Source: Fimbriosthenelais zetlandica (Eukaryota). From it: a stretch of 64,000 nt of DNA. Positions 52,296 to 64,000 of this stretch are shown one piece after another. A program made the position numbers and the translations under genes. A model generated the notes under the pieces. The model did not search any database, was not told where the DNA came from, and worked only from the letters and a program-made list of their open reading frames with translations. Positions within the stretch are counted from its first letter, which is position 1; each line of letters opens with the position of its first letter. Location of the stretch: positions 20,646,001 to 20,710,000 of the forward strand of contig OZ365114.1 in assembly GCA_977030845.1 (NCBI GenBank), read 5' to 3'.

Positions 52296-52316
52296 TGTGG
52301 CGGCCACCCGTTCCTG

Positions 52317-52359
52317 ATTGGTCCTCCCGCGTCACGTGCCGGTCGTCAACCAATGAGCG
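52317..52359. promoter_or_regulatory. ZF-B promoter module: ATTGG - 11 nt - CACGTG - 11 nt - CCAAT (dyad-symmetric NF-Y / E-box / NF-Y)
   Basis: ATTGG 52317-52321 (minus strand GACCAATCAG), CACGTG 52333-52338, CCAATGAGCG 52350-52359. Confidence 0.68.
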
Positions 52360-55300
52360 CTGCTCATCCTACATTCACAGACGACATTTTCGGCTCTCTA
52401 TCATTGTGATGATTCATATGCAAAGTTGACCGTGTCCCCCCACCGCCCCGTGAAACTTTATTGATATGATTATGATTGTGTTATTTGGATCGGGTAAAGG
52501 GGGTTGCTTCAATTAATCATTTACCGCCGAAGATCACTATTAAAACGAAAGAAAAAAACGTGTGTGGAGGGGGTGACTTGATCTGAACAAAGTTGTTATA
52601 TGGCCAAACAGACAACCTCATTACCACATATTACCGTGTGTGTACATGACCGATGGGCGAGCAACAAAGACAACAGAGTGTGGTGCGGTAAACACTACAC
52701 TCATCTTTGTGTGCAGTTACTTTTTTACTTTCAATAATTCAGCCAATATATAGCTTTCGGTCCGTATATCCCTTTTTTTAATTCTTTTATCATTCTTTTT
52801 ATGTTCTTTGTCTTATTCAATATTTATTATTAGTAAAAATATTTAAATTGTTTTTTAATTTCATACATTTTGAGGTTTTCTGTTCCCCAGCTGTTCGCAT
52901 ATACATCGCCATGTTTATTGTATTCTCTATATTAAAATGAAAAGAATGGTTTCCTCTTCTCTCTGTTTCGCATTCCTTCCATCCTGTTCTCTTACACCCT
53001 CGACGGCTGCTATCATTTTCTTACCATTTCTCAAGGGTTCTCTCACACTTTATCTTTTTCTTGTAACAAAACCAACCTTTAGATGAGAGACACCTCACTC
53101 TTGACCCCTCGACATAACCTATCCTTCACTCTGACAGTGCTGAACACCCGCATCAGCCATAGAGCAGGAGAGGAGTGTCGGCGGCAGTATACAGAGATAG
53201 GCGATGTTACCTTTTGATGTAGAAAACCTATATTTGTTCAGGTATTGTGTGGAATTGCTGCAATCCACACAGCCGGACTCCCTACTGGGATAATAAGCAC
53301 GTCTCGCTTCCCAGCTCCCCTCTTCACACCCAGCATCCCAACCTTCTTCAAGACAACATTCTTTAAGTGATGGATTCTCAGTAAAGTTTTTTTCTCAGTG
53401 AACACCATCCAGGTTTTTTCCATATCCTCATATTTTATCTACATCTTAAGCCATAAGAATGTGCATTATCGTGTTAATTGGAAAGGTCCATTAATATAAA
53501 ATGTTAACATTTATGGACTTATATCCTATCCTTTATAATATATAGTCTATATTGATTATGTGTGAGATATTGATCTCTACTCTATATAAGAGATTCTGGA
53601 TAGTGTATGACAGAGTGGCAGGTCCCTAAAGGATCCATTTAAGAATACATTCTGAGAGGAAATATATCAGAGAAAGTTGAGCATACCAAAATGTGTGTCA
53701 TTGTTATAAAAGTAAGCCTCGGGCTATCAGTGAAGTCAACCAAGCGTCACTGACTTTGGTGATGTTTAGAATGCACAATGCAGAGCAAATGAAAGGCAAC
53801 CATCATATTCAGTAGAAATTTTGCTGGTTTTGCTAAAATACAAACAACCCCTTTCTCAGACTTATTTGAATGTTAAATATTGAATAAGTGGAACTATGAA
53901 AGAGTTGCTCATAGCATGGTCCCATTAGTTCACGCACTATCTGCTTTTATACAATTATATCTATACGTGCCACCTCATAAACATTCTCACCTGAGCACCA
54001 AAAAGGCAAAACCGATAAATTCCACTTTTTCCAGACTTATAGCGCGCTGAAATTATGATGACATGCAGCCTTTCTAATTCAACTTAGTAGAATGATACCA
54101 TGGGGCATATTGAATGTACTGATGATGCGATATCAGAGGGTAGTGAAGGAGATAAAGCATTGGAACTCAGGACAGAACCCGTCCCCCTCTCTCCATTCCA
54201 CTCGTTCTATAGCCTCTTCTATGAGCTAGCTCATTGCCTCAGGCATCTTTGCATATTTCATTATCATTTGAGATCCAAACGCGAGGCCTTTTGCAGTGGA
54301 GTCCATACTTTCTCTTTTTTAATAATGAATATGCATCCTCTGAAAGCTGTTGCCTATCGAGGGCGAGGAGTGGCAGTTGGCAGTGAAATGCACCTCCAGT
54401 ATTATTTATTTATTTTGATTGTGAGCGAATAAACAAAAGGGGGTAACATTGTTGTAATTTTGAAATGTATAGCCAGTGTTGGGTAGATATTATCTCCGCC
54501 TGCTCCATCCGTCTATAATCCATGCAGGTAGACCTTTAAAAAAATCTTAACAAAAACATGGTTATGTTCTATATACAGTGGTTCATAACATCTGCTTGGG
54601 TTCTTTTGAATTATTGTAAATATTAGATTCATGAATATCAATGCGAGCAAAGGAGTAGAATTGACATAGAATATTATTTTAATAAATGCCGGTAGAAATG
54701 GGCATATAATAATTTGAATTAACTAGTTTTGTCACATATATAAAATATCTGGGTCATTTCATTGTTTCAGATAGAATCATTTTTAAAATTGAATAATTTA
54801 ATAAAGGAATAGGGCGATACCTTAATTTCTACTATCAGTTGTAAGTTCGGTTTCAAGTTTTCCCTTTCTCCAGTAATGTACCCCTACCCGGGAAGATTTG
54901 ATATATATGGTTCTGCTGTCATTCACGCTTGGAAGGCTCATCCTATTGTCCATATGGTAATTGCCAAACATATTGAACATCCTCTAGTATATAGCTTTAT
55001 GCCCTATACTAGTGGTATAAACATGCCACAACTTTCCCATTCCCACACTTTATACCTCCCAGAACCCCCCTGGGGCTGGCAGAATGGGGGTGGTAGTCAG
55101 CAGGGGTGTGGAGCCTACCCCCCGCCAGCCCACAACCACAGTTCTTTCACACCTCAGGTGTGACTGTCCACCTGAAGGTAGGAATTCACTCGCTGAAGAA
55201 GGTTCATTTCTGCTGTAGCTATCGGCTTACCATCGCTTACAATTGATGGCTTCTCGCAGGCGCACTGTTATTAACACTAGTCAAACGAGTGATTATAGTC

Positions 55301-58300
55301 AGAGAACTTGTGAGTCAACTTTAACTGATGCTTCTCTTGTTGATGGACAACAACCTGGGTTTGTGGTCCAAATCTTATCTTAGTCTATGGTCCCCCCAAC
55401 ATTGCACCCGGAGCATAAGTCTGGCAATCACTAATCACAATAATAAATCCATGTTGATAGTTATTATTTTATTATTTATTCGCACTGTCAGTAGAATACA
55501 GATACGGTATAATTGTTTAATGTTAGATTTACCCAATGAACTTTAAAGAAACAGAAAGTTCACATTGGATAGATAACTTGTTGAGAGTGAGATTTGAAAA
55601 GGTGGCCAGGTATAATAAGATGCTTTTCGGTGTCGGGTGAAAGTTCTGTTCAAACTTTTATCAGTATACTTATACATTGTATTACACCACATGAATCATA
55701 TTTGATCAAATTGAATATTTTAGGAAGGAATATACAATAATGTGTCAGCTGAGGATGGACTTCAATCCTTACGTTCATTATTGGTTGCACTCTGAAACTT
55801 CCTATGGAAAACTATTATTTAGTTTCACATTCATCAAGTTTATACTATAGTGAAGAATACCCTGAGGAACAAACCTAATATCTACTTATTTCTCCTCCAC
55901 AACATCCCTCTTTTTCCCCAAGGCAAATTTTGCTTCCTTATCATATTCTACACTTTCTGAAAGGACTATGTAACTGAGTGAGTTCTGACTAAACGATCAG
56001 TGCGTACAAGTCTCATTTGATCACCCGTTACAGTAAAAAGACAAGGTCAAGGTCAGACAGAGATTGATGTCTCCCATACGAGTCTGTCTTTGATCTCGGC
56101 TCGCTCCCGTATCTCAATCCGGGAACCTGCCTGCTCGGTGTATGAGTGGATATGATCCCCTCGTCTAAATTGCCTTGCAAATTACTGTGGCGTTTCTTGC
56201 GTGTGACGAGGTGGTTTGTGACTCCTTTGTTAGCCCCATATATGCTCTGATGAACCAATAGATGGCGGTTTGACATTAGAGGTCGTTGGATGGGCGGCCT
56301 AACATTTAATTTAAGAAGACCATTTGATATGGTGGCCAACACCTGCATTGCCTAGGGAGGTGTAATATACGTCGAGTGGTTATGTATGCGCCATCTACTA
56401 TCTCTAGCGTTGAATAGGCGAACTAAACACCTAACCTACACCTCCACTCCCCCATCTGACATGTAGTATAATAAGCTCTCATTGTGCCTTTTCTAATATT
56501 CCATCACTAACTCGTCTTCAGTAAAGTCAGGGGCCAAGCTATAATGTGATTTATAATGCGAGGTATTCTTGATCTGTGAGGAATGTTTGGACTGAATGTA
56601 TGCTGCGCTCTTCGTCCCCTTGAGTAGTATATGGAAATGGTAAATTTAATCCGGTTAAATATAAAATTGGTCACTGCTATAATAGTCATCTCTATTTTAG
56701 TTGAAGACAAAACAAAGTTCAAAAATCCAAACAATTCGTGAGTATGGCCTTTATTAAAAAGAACCAATAATGGATAATTAGTATGTGCCTTCTCTGGCGT
56801 CGAAATCATTTGAAATATGTTTATTTTATTATGGGGTATTGTCCAGGGGATTGTATGCCGCTTTTTAATCGAGGAATCTAACCTTCAGAGTATCCTATCA
56901 GTATTATTAACCACCACCTCCGTACCATACCCACATTGAGTATGAAAATCCCACGGGACACGACTGGACAGCCGCTCGTTCCCCATCAAATCACGGACCA
57001 CTAATTACGATTCACTGGCCTTGATGGTGGTCAGTTGGTAAAGTGACCACCAGCACCACACCCCCGTCCCTAGGGGGATGTCCGAGCAAGATGCCCAGCT
57101 CCTACAGTTCCGCCTGAGCCAGGGGTTCTATAAGAATCTTTTATCCCCCAATAATGACTGTGTATAAGTGTGAGAGACTGAGAAATGGTGTCCCGCAGTT
57201 CTCTCACTGGGAAACCCCTGAGGGTTGCTTACAGGGGGAGAAAAGCGTGTACCATATACGAGAACAGCGGGAGGTCCACAGATAGACACACACTTCCTTT
57301 GGTGGATATAGTTAAGAGGTGTTGCGGGAGTCCTCTCTTGTGGTGACTTTGGTGTGATAATTTCTTCAAATGCAGTATATGAGAGACCAATAATACTAGT
57401 GTGGAATAAAAGCCATCTTTCTAAAAGTATTTCCGAAGTGGTAATTTCTTTGTAAAAGACAGTTTAAACTTTGGGCGATAATTTTGTCTGGGATTTTGCA
57501 GATCTGCAAAATGATACTGCAATTTAGAGCCAGATAACAGACACATGCACCTGACTGTTGTAGTTCTTTAACTGCTAGTTTCTGCAATTGGCAGACGAGC
57601 AGGTGGCATGTAGGCCTACTGAATATAATGATATATCTTTAATGAATCGATTAAAGTCATAGACTCTAATCTAATCAATAGCTCCTGCAAACAATGGGCA
57701 TTCGTTGCCTCAGGTCAGCCATTAAGACAATGGCATGTTAGTTTCATTACTTTATTATCTCAATAAGTAAAGTCTGATTGTTATTCGATGGAGAGAGACG
57801 CTGTGTTAAGAGTTGATTTACTTTATTGACGGGCAATATGGTGCTTTTGTCCCTATTGCCCTGTGGTGGATGGTAAGAATAGGGACAGGTCGTCAAACAA
57901 AGCGGAAGACGCCGCTAAATCCACATCCCCTGCCGGTGTCTCAAGAATGTGTGCCCCGAGATTACAGGTAGTGGTGTCTCACCCTCGATGTGGCCCTGTA
58001 AAGTTGTCTGTTTGTGGCCGAGTGGCCCAGCAGGGTATCTTTGTTGTAGGGGGCTAGGTGTGGCAAAAAGCACATCATCTCCTGCTGGGTGTTGGCGACA
58101 CTGGTCCACGGGAGGTCCTTCTATAGATGCCCTCAGACACAGAAGGGCCTTCATGATCGTCAGCCTTACTATATCCCACGAGGAAAAAATCAACGTTCTT
58201 CAGTTAAAAATACATGAAGAATTGCTTTTCTTGAAATTGGAGAATGAAGTTCATTTTAAAGACAGACAAGTACATCCCGATTGGACCATATTTCACCTTG

Positions 58301-58492
58301 AGTGTTTCATTTTGCTCTCTTCTTGATTTATTTGTTACTACAGATTGATTCATCAGTCAAAAGGCCTTGCCAACTGATTTATTGTTCTTGCTTTTAATAT
58401 CCATCAACTTGTCTTTTAAGTGACCCACTGATTTCATTTGACATGTGTTTTATACATTCGGTATTAATAGCACTGTATGGAGTTGAAGTTCC

Positions 58493-58681
58493 TTTCCACA
58501 GCTATCTCCCTCCCTCATTTCTCCCACAATTGCTTATCTAATTCGCCCCTTTCTACAGCCATCTCACTCCTTCTCTTCCTTTCTCCCACAACCTCGTTTT
58601 AATTCACCCATTTCTACAGCTATCTCCCTCTCCCCTCTCTCCCATCCCTACTCTGCTATCTCCCTCCTTCTTTACCTCACT
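58493..58681. repeat. Degenerate ~57-61-bp pyrimidine-rich minisatellite running into the gap
   Basis: tttc(c/t)acagc(t/c)atctc..tttctcccacaa..taattc.ccc units start at 58493, 58550 and 58611. Confidence 0.75.
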
Positions 58682-58821
58682 NNNNNNNNNNNNNNNNNNN
58701 NNNNNNNNNNNNNNNNNNNNNNNNNNNNNNNNNNNNNNNNNNNNNNNNNNNNNNNNNNNNNNNNNNNNNNNNNNNNNNNNNNNNNNNNNNNNNNNNNNNN
58801 NNNNNNNNNNNNNNNNNNNNN
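58682..58821. other. Assembly gap (140 N)
   Basis: Run of N. Confidence 1.
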
Positions 58822-58893
58822 CTTTTGCAATTTCCATACCTCACGTCCACGCATTCAGACAAATAACTATTTTCTATATTATAGCAAGAGGTT

Positions 58894-58996
58894 GAGAGAG
58901 AAAGAGAGAGAGAGACAGACACAGAAAGAGCAGAGAGACAGAGAGAGCAGATAGAGACAGACAGACAGACAGAGAAAGAGACATAAAGAGACAGAG
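58894..58996. repeat. (GA)n/(GACA)n compound microsatellite
   Basis: gagagagagacagac...agacagacagac visible directly. Confidence 0.9.
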
Positions 58997-60830
58997 AACT
59001 CATTTGACCTTCTGCTCTCCCATCCCATTTAATAATTACTTTCCTAACAAATTTGATAACTGCATCAACTCTACTCACCATTTACAAATAATCCTTAAAA
59101 TTATGGTTATAAATATTATTATATGGCTATATATCAAATCACTTTGATTGAGGACCCCCCACCCTCACCTCCAGCCTTTCTAACAGTGTTATTCCTGAAT
59201 CCCTGCTGTCCAACCTCTGGGGGACACCTCTCCCTCGCCTCCGTGATTGATGAGTGATTTTCCATGCCTGGAAAACACATCCCATCATGCTAAAAACTCA
59301 TCTTCCATCATGAAACCTGCGCCCGTACGCGGGAGGGATATGGCACATTGAACAGTATTTCCTGCAGTGAAAATTGTGTTTGAAGCATATTAACACGATA
59401 TGTTGTACAGAATTAGCTAACACTTCCCTATTGTAGGACATTGACCTCCCACTCACTTTTATTAGAATATTTGTTCTAATTAGCATATATATTTACTTCC
59501 GTTGGAACTAATGCGGCTAACCTTTCCTGCATGCGAAGTGTGGTCTCACCTTTTATCAGTGGAACACAATTCAATTTCCTTTTTTGAATTGCTTCCCTGT
59601 CTGAATTCTGCAAGCCATTGAAGATATGTTTGTATTAATTATCTCACGTTTAATCCATTAGTGACGAATATACATTAGTCAATATACTTTGTCTTTCTCC
59701 AATCTTAAGTCCGCTATCCGAGTTCTGACTACTCTGAGACTATGGTATGGAAGGAATGCTTATGGCTAGTGAATCGTGAATTCTAGTGGAAAAATTAATT
59801 CCAAATCCCAATGACTCAAATGAACCAGGGAGGTAAGGAAAACCTGAGAAATTATTAAGTGATAACTACATTGTTATTACCTATAATTACCTGGGGCCAA
59901 TATGCCTAATAGAAGAACATTGGTATACTTGATGGCGCCAAGGCATTGAAACGTTTGTTCCAAGATTTTCCACCCAATGCCACCGACTTCATTGAAAGTT
60001 ATTCAGAATTTCGACAAAAGATGGTGCCAGCTGTCTTAAGATTGTGTCTGGGATGCTATAACAAGTATTTTTATGTGGCCTGATTCCTCTTCCTTTAACC
60101 CGTGATGTCTTTCTGTCATTCTATATTTCTATATTATTGGTTTATTTACTATACACAATATCGTACTTTAGCCTATCATAATTTCGTACCTATCATTCTC
60201 GGACCACACCACCACCATCAAGTCATTTACAAGTCTTTGCATACTAGTCCTGCATGATTCCTTGCACCAGTATTAGTACTTAATGTTAATTGTGATATGA
60301 TGCTGGCTTTATGTACAAGGATAAAACGTGCAATGGTCCAGCATGAATCAGTATGTTACACCATCATAGTAGACTAATATACCTTAAGCTTCCCTGTATC
60401 AGGCCATAGACATTGTTTCTATGTCTATGATCAGGCGCTGTCCTCCTAACATGTTCCCGTCGCTGACGTGCTGCCGCACAGCGGATATTATTGAAGTCAC
60501 AGAGTACGTTATAGATGACAATACTTTTCCTGTTAACCCACAGACGGCTCGATCGTTCTCTGAGCGTCTACCTCAGACCTGTAGTTTGGATGAAACAGTC
60601 CTATCTCATGGGTTTTTATTCACAAATTGAGTCAAATAGGTTGGTCCATGAAGCTTTCTATAATTATGTTAACACATCTCTGTGTTAAAGAAACCTTTTT
60701 CAGGGCTAGTATCCAGTATATTAATGTGACTTATGAACTGAAGGTGAAGTAAGATCAACCAGAGGGTGACCTGCATAATGGGGGGAAACATACAAGTTCG
60801 AATTATAGTATAATCTAAAACACAAATATT

Positions 60831-60836
60831 TTTATT
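60831..60836 (-). terminator. Candidate polyadenylation signal of the TRPV-like gene
   Basis: Minus-strand AATAAA about 240 nt after the TGA. Confidence 0.3.
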
Positions 60837-61072
60837 AGACTGCAATATTAATTAATTAAAATGTACATCATCCCTATAGTGAGCCTATAGATATGGTGTG
60901 ACTATAATATGATATCTCAGTTAGAGGCATGACAGCTTCTTACTATCGTCATCAGAGTAGCATTTGCAGGCAGCAGAAGCAACATATTATAAGCAGGTTT
61001 TCAGTGTTGGGTGCAATCTGCTGTATCACTGCGCCTTGCTCTAGTGACAACTGAGTTGACATCTTAAAAACA

Positions 61073-62896
61073 TCATGTCATGATTCTGTGTCTTGCTTGA
61101 TTCAATACCACAAGACATATCCTGCTGTCAATGTAGGCAAAATGTTGTGTCTTCTTTGGTGGTATTTCACAAGGTACTTTACCAATAGCTGGTGCTGCCA
61201 GAAAGTCATAAACACACAGATTCCTCTGGAACATCAATATATTCAACTTGTAGGAGGAAATGTCTGCAACTGATTGGGAGAAAACTGCGATGATGAGGTT
61301 CAAAAACAAAATGGAAACAAAGATCATGTAACAGAGATGCAAAATCATAACAGATGTTTTCACTTGGCTGCTGAATGATGCCATGTTCATCAATAATTTG
61401 CTAATGCCATACACACTTATTAGGAAAGTGCTGAAGTCAGGAGTTCCCTCTATAGTACCATAAACTGTCTCATTTCTGTAGAAAGCATCAGCAAATGACA
61501 TTTGGATGACAACAAGTAGGATCAGGAATCCATTCATGTCAGATATGATCTGTCCAAGTGTGATCACGTGGTAGCCATATGGTGTCAACTGAATGAAGTA
61601 GAAGACTAAAGAGATAACATACATGTTGGCCGCTGCATCCATTAATTGCATTATGATAATAGGTACATATACTGAAGAGAAGGTCTCGAGAAAAAGGAGA
61701 ACGATTCGCGACAAAAGGATACCTTCAAATACAACACTGAGAAGATAAAAAATATATTGATTCACAACAGGTGGATTGTTTCCAAAGGGATCATTCTTCA
61801 AACGTTGAATAAACTCTTTCTTCTGTGGGCACACAATCAACATTACAGATACAAATGTGAAACAACTATGCAGCATAGACAAAACACAAAGAACCATATT
61901 AAGATAGAAAGGAACTTCAATGCATCCTTTAATTTGGTTGATATTTTCATTAGTTGTTCTGTTCGAGGAGAGAACATTAGGCGATTCATGATATTCTGGA
62001 AACAGAGCGTGTGAGGTGAAACAAGAGTGGGAAATGAGCATAAAGATGAAACACCTTACAAACATTATAATTGGACCAGAAAATAAACGTCGCTGGAAAA
62101 ACCTGAACCTCTGCCTAAACCATTTCTGAATGACAGGAGAATTAAGAAAGTCACGTGTCTTCTCTAGTACCAAATCCTCAACACCATAGAGCATTACAAT
62201 GTTAAGTGGTGAGAGATGTTGTCGTTTGCTTCGAAGACCTTCATAGTCAGTAACATCATAGAAATTGTATGACGCTCCTGGAAATTGCACTTGCTTAACC
62301 AAATAGACATTTTCAGTATTTAAAATGGCATGAAAGATGTGAAATAAACGAAGTTTTGCAGCCAATTCTAGACAATTCAGCCCCTCTGAGTTTTCCTCGT
62401 GTAAAAGTGATTTAAATATGTCGGGTTGGATATTCTCTTTCAACCACTGGTATAAATCAATATAGCTGTCCATTTTCAACGGCTCAAAGAAAGCACAATA
62501 CAAAAGATAAATAATGACATTTCCACTCTTCTCCGGAGTATGCAATCCTATGTTTTCTTCAAGAAAGAAATCAAATATACCAATTGATGCTGACGTAACT
62601 ATTAAGGCCAACGTGCTTCGCGGTTGTAATGCTAGCCTCCATGGTTCATCAAAGCACTCACATTTGTTATGGCCGCAGTCTGGTAAATCAATTGATGGGA
62701 AAATGCCTTCCAGGAGAAAAATCCGTGTTTCAGCACTAGCCTCCACATACATCTTCTTTACCTCTTCCAAATTTGTCCTGTTTAGATTCCAAACCCATTT
62801 GGAAATGAAGTCAGGTCCGATATTAAGTGAACTCTGAGCTCTGCTCTCAGAATCGACGACAGGATTTGGAAAGACAACAGAATAATTCATCTTCAT
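61073..62896 (-). CDS. Divergent TRPV-like (TRPV5/6-type topology) cation channel, 607 aa in one uninterrupted reading frame
   Basis: Last-ankyrin-like LLHEENSEGLNCLELAAKL, linker YNFYDVTDYE, pre-S1 LNSPVIQKWF, six hydrophobic segments. S4-S5/S5 FYFIQLTPYGYHVITLGQIISDM..SFADAFY resembles TRPV6 [32 protein letters not shown]. S6 ILFLNLIIAVFS resembles LMLNLLIAMM. An acceptor (tcatttctag|) just upstream of the ATG suggests a further 5' exon. Confidence 0.88.
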   Translation of the reverse strand: MKMNYSVVFPNPVVDSESRAQSSLNIGPDFISKWVWNLNRTNLEEVKKMYVEASAETRIFLLEGIFPSIDLPDCGHNKCECFDEPWRLALQPRSTLALIVTSASIGIFDFFLEENIGLHTPEKSGNVIIYLLYCAFFEPLKMDSYIDLYQWLKENIQPDIFKSLLHEENSEGLNCLELAAKLRLFHIFHAILNTENVYLVKQVQFPGASYNFYDVTDYEGLRSKRQHLSPLNIVMLYGVEDLVLEKTRDFLNSPVIQKWFRQRFRFFQRRLFSGPIIMFVRCFIFMLISHSCFTSHALFPEYHESPNVLSSNRTTNENINQIKGCIEVPFYLNMVLCVLSMLHSCFTFVSVMLIVCPQKKEFIQRLKNDPFGNNPPVVNQYIFYLLSVVFEGILLSRIVLLFLETFSSVYVPIIIMQLMDAAANMYVISLVFYFIQLTPYGYHVITLGQIISDMNGFLILLVVIQMSFADAFYRNETVYGTIEGTPDFSTFLISVYGISKLLMNMASFSSQVKTSVMILHLCYMIFVSILFLNLIIAVFSQSVADISSYKLNILMFQRNLCVYDFLAAPAIGKVPCEIPPKKTQHFAYIDSRICLVVLNQARHRIMT

Positions 62897-64000
62897 TGCG
62901 GTTTCTTCTAGAAATGAGGGTAAATTGATAACTACAAGAATTGTTTAGGCCTAAAATAATCTTCTTGTGGATCACCTCGTGGATTGTCCTATCCGAGAAG
63001 ATGCAGGGAGATGAGTGATGGAGACACATCGACCATACCACTAAAATAAACAGGTAGTTTACATAACTGAGTCCACCAAAGATGACAAGCTTTTAGTAAG
63101 CAGCACTCGCTTTTAGCATATTAAACAACAACGACCTTGTTGGGCTGTACCTGCATGTGCATTGGCTATACGCGATATGAACCTGCATAAAAGGAACACA
63201 CAGGCAGTACATCCTATAGTGGACAGTCACTAAAAGCTTAAATATTGAATAAATTGCACTGTTCAGACGTCACGCATACATTAAGCTTCCCGCATGCACA
63301 TGGTATTTGTGTTCATACATTATTACCTTTAAAATATAGAGAATGCCTTCCCACACATATTTCTCCATTCAGTCGTTTCCTTTTGGTCTTTTACCATAAG
63401 GCCAAAATATTACTTTTTTTCCGGGTCCCCCGACCGACCGTCATACAGTTGCACGTAAAATGACCGAGGTCAGTCATTTTGAAGCAGGAACAATGAAATC
63501 TAGAAGTAAAATCTTAAATCCCGACTGATACCCATGCACAGGAGCAGGATAAATTATGCGGACCGATTATCCCAAAATCATGTTATCCATGTGACCCGAA
63601 ACAAATATATTTCTGTTTGCTTAGCATAATTATCATAAAACCATCATCTACATACATGTATTATATTTTATATGTATTATAGTCATATCATATTACTGTA
63701 TTCTCATATCATGGGCCAGATAATACCCCTTCAGCTTGGGATTGTTTACAGAATATTCTGGCAAGTCTACGGTATTCCCCGGGTATATTAATTAGGAGGG
63801 GGTTAAAACTGTTACACCAGTATGCTCCGCCAACGTCATCCCCAAGTTTGGTGACAATTAGCCCAGCCGTGATTGGACTATAGTAGTGACGTGATCATCT
63901 CCCCTTATTTCCTACTTCCCTGAATTATGACATGGTTCAGCGTAGTCCAAGAGACAATAATTTGTGAAGGACTGATATAATATTGCATGGGAAGCACCAT

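Noticed and set aside
59913-60083. 56-codon open frame KNIGILDGAKALKRLFQDFPP...
   Set aside because: Poor acceptor, no homology recognised, and a length expected by chance.
1-64000. CRISPR arrays, tRNA/rRNA genes, SINE A/B boxes, intact LTR/LINE/DNA transposons
   Set aside because: No regularly spaced repeats, cloverleafs, paired pol III boxes, or long RT/transposase ORFs were found.

Overview
Eukaryotic (animal) genomic DNA, AT-rich (roughly 40% GC by eye), with GT-AG introns and one 140-N assembly gap. An invertebrate, possibly lophotrochozoan, source is my inference only. Three protein-coding genes are supportable, all on the minus strand. Two are tandem paralogous four-finger C2H2 zinc-finger transcription factor genes about 34 kb apart (ZF-A ~15.6-20.2 kb, ZF-B ~49.6-52.4 kb). 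The third is an intronless, divergent TRPV-like channel (61.1-62.9 kb). Reading beyond the ORF track shows that both ZF genes start in a phase-2 micro-exon (MYLxxxxR). They also share an E-box-N11-CCAAT promoter module, a pre-finger motif, an acidic LIDVVD motif, and a 126-nt near-identical patch suggestive of gene conversion or an exonic regulatory element. The rest is a gene-poor landscape with several CpG-rich promoter/enhancer-like islands, candidate non-coding exons and simple repeats. No rRNA, tRNA, CRISPR array or intact transposon was recognisable. All motif counts were made by hand and are minimum values.
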